A stretch of 64,000 nucleotides of DNA from Vicugna vicugna. Its lineage: Eukaryota. Shown in pieces: positions 12,750 to 22,282 of this stretch. The notes under the pieces are model-generated. The model was not told the origin of the DNA. It made no database searches and saw nothing but the letters and a program-made list of their open reading frames with translations. A program made the position numbers and the translations under genes. The first letter of the stretch is position 1, and the number at the start of each line of letters is the position of its first letter. The stretch is taken from the NCBI GenBank assembly GCA_013265495.1, contig MU058059.1:3263502-3327501 (forward strand), written 5' to 3'.

Positions 12750-14360
12750 GTATATTAGTTGTGGTTAGTGAACTATTGCAGAGCAAAGGAGCAACTCAAA
12801 TAGACAGAAGGGAAGCCTGCATCAGTTGTGAAATACCCGTCCCAGTGAAGCCCCAGAGACTCTGAAACTCAGGAGTCGGCTTGTTGAGGGAACGGTCTCA
12901 GCAAAAGACTGATTAGAGAGAACCAAGATCACTCCCGCAGGGGAAGCCTACGGTAGGGGTCTTCCACAGAATCGCTGAAGGAACAGGGTTTTCCCTTTAT
13001 CGGTTTGAAAAGAAGTCCGGAGATTTGAAGAAAATCGACAGAATGAAAGACAAGAAGGGCCAAAATGAACAAAGAGGATAGTTGATCTGGAGAATGTATA
13101 TTACATGGGAAGCAGAAGGGTAAGTGTATTTGGAGGAAGGTGGGGGCAGGCAGTCGGTCCACTAACCATAACAAAGGCCACCGTGGAAAAAGTCGACAAG
13201 GAAAAGACAAGATGTTTATCGTTACTGGGAGTAAATATTCCATATAGGACTAAGGAATAGTCTGGACGTGGCTGAAGATCTAATTTGAGATCTAAGAGAA
13301 GGACAACATACAAAACTGTTTTTCTAAATGGTGGAAATAGAAAAAGAATGATAAAAAGACAGACAAAAAGCCATACCCAGGATATACAATTCTCATCTTA
13401 CAAAAAAGAGCAAACGTCAGGAAGAAAATAATTATTTAATTCAAGAAAGTATCCCTTAACTGAAAAAAAATTTATGTTTACAGATCAAAGGGGAATGTAA
13501 AACAAAACAAACAAGGAAAGGGAAAATACACATCTGGACAGGTTTTTTTTTAATCTTATGAGCTCGCCGAATCAGAGACTGAATCTGATTCCCGTTCTTA
13601 AAGGTGTGTGAGAAGACAGGTGCAGCTGCACTTAGGATGCCTGTGACGTCCTGCGAACATCGTTCTGTCCCCAGCTCTCCATTCCCAGCTGAGCACCAGC
13701 CACGTGCAAGGGCTCACGAGAAACAGCACTGCATGTGATTTCTGTTCTCTTCCTGAAAAAATTATTTGAATATTTTATTTTCATTAACATAAAATACAGG
13801 TCTAAAAGGAAAATGTGAAGACTCAAAATTTTGATGAGAAATTCCCAAGTGACGATAGTGAGCAGTTGGCATATTTTAGAGCAAAATGTCACAGCTTTGT
13901 GAAGAGTATTATCAAGAAAAGAGTGGATGACAACACATTGTGTGAATGAGATACCGAGAATTCACTGTGTCATGCTGTCAGTGATATGAAGGCGTGTTGT
14001 CTGATCTGGTGAACAAGAAAGAAGGCAAAAACTCCAGGAAAAATAAACTATATGTACAAGCCACAGGCTAGAATGGAAAGCGAATACAATTTGACGTGAT
14101 TTGGGGCTGCTCGTGGAGTGTGAGTGTGCTTTCTGAAATGACGGTAATAGGTCTGCCTTGGTCGGGTCATTTCGAAGAGCCAAGAGGACAGACTTGAGGT
14201 TCAGGAATTCTGTTCACTTTACTACTTCTAAATAAAATCAAATACAATACTTCAAGTTGTGAAGAAGGATTCCCTTGGGTAGTGGGCTCATATTACAGGT
14301 GGCTTTTCTTTACTCATCTCTGTTTTCCTCGTTTCCTAACATAAACTGTTCTTTACTTTT
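12750..14360 (+). mobile_element. Old L1/HAL1-like fragments
   Basis: A-rich degenerate ORF1-like motifs (aggctagaatggaaagcgaatacaatttga; ttactcatctctgttttcctcgtttcctaacataaac). Approximate call. Confidence 0.4.
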
Positions 14361-14669
14361 ATAATAAAAGAATAATAAATGCTAATTGAAAATAAATGAA
14401 ACCAAAAGAGTCTTAATGAATAAAGATCACTAAAGTTTAGCTTAGGGCTTTTTTATGCATTCACTCATCTCTGAATAAAAATTGCATGTATAAACAAAGA
14501 CATCATTTCAATTTTTTTTTGAAGTATTCCTAGCGTAAAAAGAATACTTAATTCTGGTTGAGTACATTAGATGGGAAAAAAAAGGGCTTTTGACATTGTA
14601 GAGATTTTGACAATGGAAATCAAGCCAAAACCCATCATCTCTTCCCACTCTTATCTTCAGAGTGGCTAC

Positions 14670-14885
14670 ATTAACTATAAGAGCTCAGGTTTCAATACTC
14701 CTGCACTGTTACCTCGGTTTAGTCTCTGGATCTTAAACTGTGGGCGAGTTAGTTGAGCTGTCCGTGCTCAGGTTCCACATCTGTAAAACAGGAGCATGGC
14801 GGTGAATGAAGTTTAAGTGAGCTCATACTTGAAGCACAGAGAATGCTGACTGGCCCAGAGTAAGCGCTTGTTACATGTCTGCTTT
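14670..14885. mobile_element. MIR SINE
   Basis: gtgggcgagttagttgagctgtccgtgctcaggttccacatctgtaaaacagg...tggcccagagtaagcgctt matches the MIR core. Confidence 0.7.
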
Positions 14886-15099
14886 ACAAATGGTGAAGAT
14901 CTGAAAGACAGTGGTCACGTTAGACGGGTATCATTTGCTTTTACCATTGTGATGTTGGAAAATCTAAAGTTCACTGATTTGTTATATAGTCATTTAAGAT
15001 AGTCAAGACGTGGCTTTTTAAATTAGCTAACTTAGTAAAGTAAATAGAATTTCTGACCGTCAATCTGTCCTCTTGGCTCTTCTAAGTTACCTTTATATT

Positions 15100-15410
15100 T
15101 TGCCTAGCTTTATTGAAATATGACATATAACATTGTATATGTTTAAGGTGTGCAGTGTAATAATTTGATATCTGTATATATTGCGAAATTATTACCACAG
15201 TAAGGTTAGTTGACACATCTGTCACCTAACATTACAAATTTGTGTGTGTGTAGTAAGTACTTCTAAAACCAGCGTTTAGCAATTTTAGATATACAGTACA
15301 GTATTGTTAACTATAGACACCGTGCTGTACATTGCATCCTGAGGACGTATTCATCTTATAAATGGAAGTTTGTACCCTTTGACCACCTTCAACCATTTTC
15401 CCAATTCTCT
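15100..15410 (-). mobile_element. L1MA-type 3' UTR fragment
   Basis: gctttattgaaata...gtttaaggtgtgcagtg...gtattgttaactatag...aagtttgtaccctttgacc. Confidence 0.8.
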
Positions 15411-15899
15411 GACTTTTTTCTTTTATAAATTGTATTACTTAACAGTAATGAATGAGATGTTTTTAATCTATCTTATTTTGTGTTCTTATGGAATATATAA
15501 ATCAAGATGTATGTCTTAACATGGTGACGATCGCAAAATCAAGCAAAGAGTAGACAAGCAGCAAGTTCCTATTTGAAATTCCGCTTTAACTTCATGTGGG
15601 TATGTTTAATAGCTCTGTGTCATTGCTTATATTTTTTAAAGTATTTTATGTGTAAATTAGCAGTAAATCTCATTTAATATTCTACTTTATCTTAGAGCCT
15701 GTGTTTTTGTAGCAGAGTTGTTTCCTCAGTATGCTCCATCGTGAAATAAACATTGACTAGAAGGTATTCATTTAAACGCTTGTGGGAAGATCACAGGTTG
15801 TGGCATCGTTTTTCTGGGTGCTGGTGTAGTTCATACTGACTATCGTTAGTGCCTTTTATGTACCGAGATGTAACAGAGCATGATGGTTGTGAGTACTGG

Positions 15900-16810
15900 C
15901 TCCTAGAGTAATGGAAATAAAAGAAAAAACAAACAAATGGGACCTAATTAAATTTAAAAGCTTTTGCACAACTAAGGATACCATCAACAAAATGAAAAGA
16001 CAACCTAAAGAATGGGAGAAAATACTCACAAATGATTCAACTGACAAGGGACTAATTTCCAAAATATACAAACATCTCATACACCTTAATATCAAAAAAC
16101 AAGCAACCCAATAAAATGGGCAGAAGACCTAAACAGACATCTCTCCAAAGAAGACGGACGGATGGCCAACAAGCACATGAAAAGATGCTCAGCATCACTA
16201 ATTGTTGGGGAGAAACGCAAATCAAAACTACAGTGAGGTATCACCTCACAGCAGCCAGAATGACCATCATTAAAAACTCTTCAAACGGTGAATGCTGGAG
16301 AGGGTGTGGAGAAAAGGGAGCCCTTCTGCACTGCTGGCGGGAATGCAAATTGGTGCAGCCACTGTGGAGGACGGTATGGAGGTTCTTCAAAAAACTAAGG
16401 ACATATTTACCATGTGATCCAGTGATCCCACTCCTGGGCATATACTCAGAAAAAATATAATTCAAAAAGACACCTGTTTACAGTAGCCGAGGCCAGGAAA
16501 CACCTCATGTCCGTGGACAGATGACTGGGCAGAGCTGCGGTGTTTGCTCACCACAGAGCACGGCTCAGCCATGGACAGAGTGAAATGACGCCATGTGCAG
16601 CAGCGTGGTGGACCTGGGGGCTGTCGTACTGCGTGAAGTCAGCCAGATGGAGAAAGAAAAACGTGATACTGCTTATGTGTGGAATCTGAAAAACAAAGAC
16701 ACAAATGAACTTACCTACAAAACAGAAAGTGGCTCATAGACACAGAGAACAAACTTATGGTTAGGGATAAAGGGGGTGGGAAGGGATAAATATGGAATTC
16801 AAGATTTGCA
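15900..16810 (+). mobile_element. 5'-truncated L1 (ORF2 C-terminus and 3' UTR)
   Basis: The ORF track gives [24 protein letters not shown] and YHLTAARM...[31 protein letters not shown], which are classic L1 ORF2 C-terminal motifs, now frameshifted. Confidence 0.95.
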
Positions 16811-17879
16811 CCTCTTGGGGAGTGATGGAAATGTTAGCTGTCTTGATTGTGGTGGTGGTTTCATGGGCATATGCATCTGTCAGAATTCATCCAATTGTAC
16901 ATCTGGAATGTATGTAGTTTACTGTACAGGAGCCATACCACAGTAAAGGTGTTAAAAAATAACCATAATATTATCATACCTAAATTAGCTAAATTGTGTT
17001 ACTATTAAATACTTGGTTATTGTTCCAAGTTGTGATTACCTCATACAATCCTAAAGTTTTTCTTTTTTTAACTTTTTCAAAGTCAGAATCCAAATAAAGA
17101 CCACATACTACAATTGGTAGTATGTGATATATGTGATATATCTGAGAATCTTTTAATCTATAGAACCCCCTTCCGTTCTTATGTTCCTGCATTTTTGTTG
17201 TTGTTGAAATAATCTGATCATTTTCCCTGGTAATTTTTCCCAAAGTCTGGATTTTGCTAATTGTGTCTCCATGATTTCAGTTAAGGAAAACTATTTTCCA
17301 AGTATTTTCTTATCTCAATTTCAAATTTTCTTTGTTTAACGACGATGAGTTAAATGGTAAACTGACTTTAATGTCAGAAAGAGTTGCTTGTGATTATAAA
17401 GGAACTTTGCCAGTGGTTGAGCAGAAGATTAATGATTCTAATCAGTTTTCTTAATTTCTGTCAAGACAGAGGTGAACATTAGGCTTCCTTTGAAACTAAT
17501 TTCTAGCACTTAGTATTGACACAAACTGTTTGTATATATTATTTAAGTACTTTACATGCTGATTTTGCCCATAACTTAAAAATCTTATTTTTCATCACTG
17601 CTTTTCAGAATGTTGACACACTCTAGTAGATATACTATTTATCTTGGTTCCTAATTTTGCTTTCCTTTACAGTTGAACAGTCTTCATTTCAGTGAGATTC
17701 TAAAGGAGGCTATAGATTTGCTGCTTTTACTACATCTAGCGGTTACCATCGTTAGTATCTTAATTGTGTTACTGGTGTCAGCCATTTTTCCATTTTCATA
17801 AAATACAAACAAAATACATATGTACTCAAATAATTGTATGAACTTCACTAATGGTGCTATTGTTTAAAAATAAATTTCT

Positions 17880-18025
17880 GGGGAGAGGGTATATATAGCT
17901 CCACTGGTAGAGTGCATGCCTAGCATGCGTAAGGTCCTGCGTTCAATCCGCAGCACTTCCATGAAAAAAACAAGTAAGTAAACCTAATTACCTCCCCTGC
18001 AAAACAAATAAGTAAAAATAAAATT
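17880..18025 (+). mobile_element. tRNA-derived SINE (camelid Vic-1-like), long-tail form
   Basis: ggggagagggtatatatagctccactggtagagtgcatgcctagcatgcgtaaggtcctgcgttcaatcc carries A/B-box remnants and an A-rich tail. It is flanked by imperfect aaaataaa(a)ttt direct repeats. Confidence 0.8.
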
Positions 18026-18760
18026 TTTGGCTTACTGAAAAAGGGAAACACAGTAGCTGATGTGCGGGAGCAAGCTCTCAGTATAGAAGGGATTCTGCAG
18101 AGCGTTAGCACACCAGGTGTGAAGCTGCAGGCTGTAGGTAGGCTGGCGGTGGCGTGAAGCATCTCAAGTGACGGACCAGTGATAACAGGCACTGCTGCTG
18201 TGTGAGTGAAATGCCTGCCACCTCCTCCAGGTGCCAGGTTTAAAGGAGACATGAGCAGTATGTTAACCAGGCAGAAGTCAGTGGCAATAGGATTTCCCAC
18301 TTGGGTACCATGCAGAATTGTAAAGTGGGTAACTATGTGTTTCATGTTTATCTCCCTTCCTGCGGGCCTCCCGTCCCACAGTAAGCACCCCTGCTTGACT
18401 TCTTGATGCCTTAGTCCAGCTCGGAAACTCACTATTTGTACATTTATTCTGCATTTGTTAGGCATCTACTACATGTTGTGTATTAAGAAAGTCCCCAAAT
18501 ACAAGTCACAGGCTTGTATTTGAATTATCTGTTGGATAATACGGAAAACAGAAACAGAAAATTACAGCTGCCTCACTGGTGGTTACCTTCCCACCAAGGA
18601 CTCCTAGGTTCCATACGTAGACTTTTCCTCTCAGTAAGCACACTACCACCCCTGCCGTCCTCGGTCCCATAAACAGACAATACCTGGTTTTCATTTTCTG
18701 AGGCGCTATAATTTAGGCAGGTGCTGTTGATACAGATACCTTTATAAGTGCACAAGAAGC

Positions 18761-18811
18761 TGTGTGTGTGTGTACGTGTACGTGTACGTGTACGTGTATG
18801 TACGTACGTGT
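18761..18811. repeat. (TG)n grading into (TACGTG)n microsatellite
   Basis: tgtgtgtgtgtg tacgtg tacgtg tacgtg tacgtg tatg tacg tacgtg. Confidence 0.9.
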
Positions 18812-20026
18812 CCGCATGTACTTAAGTACTTCGTCATCCAAGATGCATTCAGGACATAGTGGAACAGATAGCCTTCCATTTGCCTGTTGCCTTTTCTGGG
18901 AAACAGACAATGTATAATCATTGATTTAATTCAGACCTTTTTAAAAGCCCAGAGTCTTTTGGCTTTATTAATCAGGAGTGTGAAATGTACCTGCTTTGTC
19001 AGATGCATGCTGGTTGTTTTGGAGAGATTTTGCAGGAGGAAGGGTTTACTTTATGTACTGTCGTCTCCCTACTTTGGTCACATATTGTTCCTTTTGGATT
19101 CCATACAAGAAAAAATACAAGTTTACAGTAGCTTCAGTATGGAAAAAGTCAAGCCTGAGGATAATAGTGATCTCAGATAACATTTAGCTGTTCTTTAAAT
19201 GTCACTAGTATTAGTTGCAAATGTCTGAAAGTGCCTTGAGATGTACAAGAGCAAGTTTCAAGTGTATTTAAGTGTTTTTAATCAGTTACGCTTCATTTTG
19301 TTGTTTAACACTTTTTCATGGGGAAGAAAAATGCTTTAATGAAAAATTTAATATTTTAATGATTGCTTAACCCATTTCTCATGTTCCTTCCTAGTTTCCC
19401 AAATAAAATTGCTGAGATGATAAACATTAAAATTTTTAAAGGGTTCTTTGTCAGAAATAATTTCATCAAATGTTTTAAATACAAGTTCTAATGTAGTAAC
19501 TAAATATATATTAAAGACTAAAAAAATTGGAACAAAATGCAAAATTATAACATAGTACAGTGATAACCATGGCTATTTTCAGTACATGAATTTGAAGATT
19601 TGGATCCTAGGTGAATTTCTCACTATAAGCAATCATTTGCTAAGAAAGGCAGAGCAAGCTTTTTTTTTTTTTTTTTAAGTTACTTCTGCACTAGAGTTCC
19701 AAGACCAGCTTGATCTGTATTCCTGGGTGAAGTAAATCAAAAAGGTTTCAGGCTGCTTAGGGAAGAAGGGGGATTTCAGCCTGGCTTGCCAGTGGAAGTG
19801 GTGTCATTGAGATGTAGTACCTTGCTGAGATCACAGACTAGGTAGCTTCCTGAGAGCCACCCAGGGTTGTTGCTGCTGGTGCTCAGAGCCAGCGTGCAGC
19901 TCAGCGTGCAGAGTGACCCTCCCGGGGTGACTCCACGCACTCATCATGGGCATTAGTTAGCATCAGCTTGACTGACTCACTTGAGAACTGGTACTTTTTT
20001 ACCTTTTAAAAAATTAGGAGTCTTTT

Positions 20027-20295
20027 CACGGACATAGAAAACAAACCATGGTTACCAAAGGGGAAAGGGTGGGGAGGAATAAATTAGTAGTTGCGGATTA
20101 ACAGACACACATCACTATATATAAAATAGATAAACAACAAGGACCTACTGTATAGCACAGGGAATTGTCAATTTCCTGTAATACGATGGTAAAGACTCTG
20201 AAAAGAAAATATATATGTGTATGCATATGTATAACTGAATCACTTTGCTGTACATCTGACACTAACGTAAATCAACTACACTTCAGTAAAAATTT
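20027..20295 (+). mobile_element. Short L1 3' UTR insertion with TSD
   Basis: cacggacatagaaaacaaaccatggttaccaaagggg...caaggacctactgtatagcacaggg...gtaaatcaactacacttcagtaaaa. It is flanked by aa(t/g)taggagtctttt at about 20012-20026 and 20301-20315. Confidence 0.85.
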
Positions 20296-20319
20296 TTTTA
20301 AAGTAGGAGTCTTTTTAAT

Positions 20320-22282
20320 CTTTTATTGAGGTATGGTTGATGCACAATATTATGTAAATTACAGATGTGCAACAGTGATTCACAATTTTTAAAGGTTATG
20401 CTTCATTTATAGTTATTATAAAGTATTGGCTGTGTTCCCCATGTTGTACAATGTATCTTTGTAGCTAATTTTATACCTAGTAGTTGGTACCTCTTAATTT
20501 CCTACCCCTATATTGCCCCTCCCACCTCCCCTCTCCCCACTGGTAACCACTAGTTTGTTCTCTACATCTGTGAGTAACTTTTTTGTTATGTTCACTAGTT
20601 TGGTGTTTTTCAGATTCCACATAAAAATGATACCATACAGCATTTGTCTTTAACTATTTCATTTAGCACAATACCCTCCAAGTCCATCCATGTTGTTGCA
20701 GATGGCAGTATTTCATCCTTTTTATGGCTGAGTAGTATTCTATTGTATATGTATACCATATCTTCTTTATCCATTCATCTGTTTTTCCCCCTTGCTATTT
20801 TTTAATTTTATTTTTTGTGATGCCATTATAAATGATGTTGATAGCAAACTTTTTTTTAATTTTTAAATTTTTTATACAATCTTAAAGGTTGCTTTCTACT
20901 TAAAGTTACTACAAAATATTGGCTGTATTCCCTGTGTTGTACAATACATCCTTGAGCCTGTCTTACACCCACTAGTTTGTACCTCCCCCTCCCCCACCCC
21001 TGTATTGCCCACCTGCATTGGTAGCCACTACTTTTGTTTTCTGTAGCTGTTAGTCTGTTTCTTTTTTGTTGTATTTACTAGTTTGCTATATATTTTTTAG
21101 ATTCCACATATAAGTGATAATCATACAGTATTTGTCTTTCTCTGATTTATTTCACTTAGCATAATGCCTCCAAGTCCATCCGTGTTGCTGCAAATGGCAA
21201 AATTTCATCCCTTTTTATGACTAATACTCCACTGTACATACACACCACGTCTTCTTTATCTGTTCATCTGTTGATGGACACTTAGATTGTTTACATATCT
21301 TGGCTGTTGTAAATAATGCTGCTGTGAACATTGGGGTGCATGTATTTTTTTGAATTAATGTGCTTGCTTTTTTTCAGATTATGTACCCATGAGTGGTCAT
21401 ATGGTAGTCCTGTTTTTAGTTTTTTAAGGAACCTCCATACTGTCGTCCATAGTGGCTGCACCAATTTACATTCCCACTAACGGTGTAGGAGGGTTCCCTT
21501 TTCTCCACAGCCTCGCCAATATTTGTTATTTGTGTTCTTTTTGATGAAAACTGTTCTGCCAGAAGTGAGATGGTATCTCACTGTGGTTTTGATTTGCATT
21601 TCCCTGATGATTAGCAGTGTTGAGCATCTTTTCCATGTGCCTGTTGACCATCTGCATTTCCTCTTTGAAAAAATGTCTATTTAGTTCTTCTACCCATTTA
21701 TTAATCGGGTTGTTTGGTTTTTTTGACGTTGAGTTATACGCGCTGTTTATTTATGTTGGATGTTAACCCCTTAACCTGTCATACCACTTGCAAATATTTT
21801 CTCTCAGTCCATAGGTTGTCTTTTCATTTTGTTTATGGTTTCCTTTGCTGTACAAAAGCTTTTAAGTTTATTTAGGTCCCATTTGTTTATTTTTGCTTTC
21901 ATTTTCTTTGATTTACGAGACGGATCTGGAAAAATACTGCTGCAATTTATGTCAAAGAGCGTTGTGCCTGTGTTTTCCTCCAAGAGTTTTATGGTTTCTA
22001 GTCTTACATTGAGGTCTTTAAACCATTTTGACTTTAGTTTTGTGTATGGTGTTAGTAATTTCATTCTTTTACATGTAGGTGTCCAGTTTTCCCAGGACCA
22101 CTGTCTTTTCTCCATTGTGTATTCTTGCCTCCTTTGTCATAGATTAATTGACCACAACTTTGTGGGTTTATTTCTGGGCCCCCTCTTCTGTTCCATTGAT
22201 CTGTGTGTCCATTTTTGTGCCAGTACTAGACTGTTTTGATTACTGTAGCTTTGTCATACAGTGTGAAGTCAGGGAGCATGAT
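20320..22282 (-). mobile_element. Two tandem antisense L1 3' fragments (about 20320-20781 and 20850-22282)
   Basis: Minus-strand ORF 21804-22115 ([13 protein letters not shown]...[24 protein letters not shown]) is L1 ORF2. Two separate T-rich 3' UTR ends are visible. Confidence 0.9.

Noticed and set aside
18370..18390. Recursive splice site
   Set aside because: The sequence is CAG|TAAG, not the required AG|GT juxtaposition. It is kept only as a possible cryptic acceptor or donor.
17920..18465. 181-aa minus-strand ORF
   Set aside because: It has no recognisable domain, ends inside a SINE, and has no supporting gene structure.
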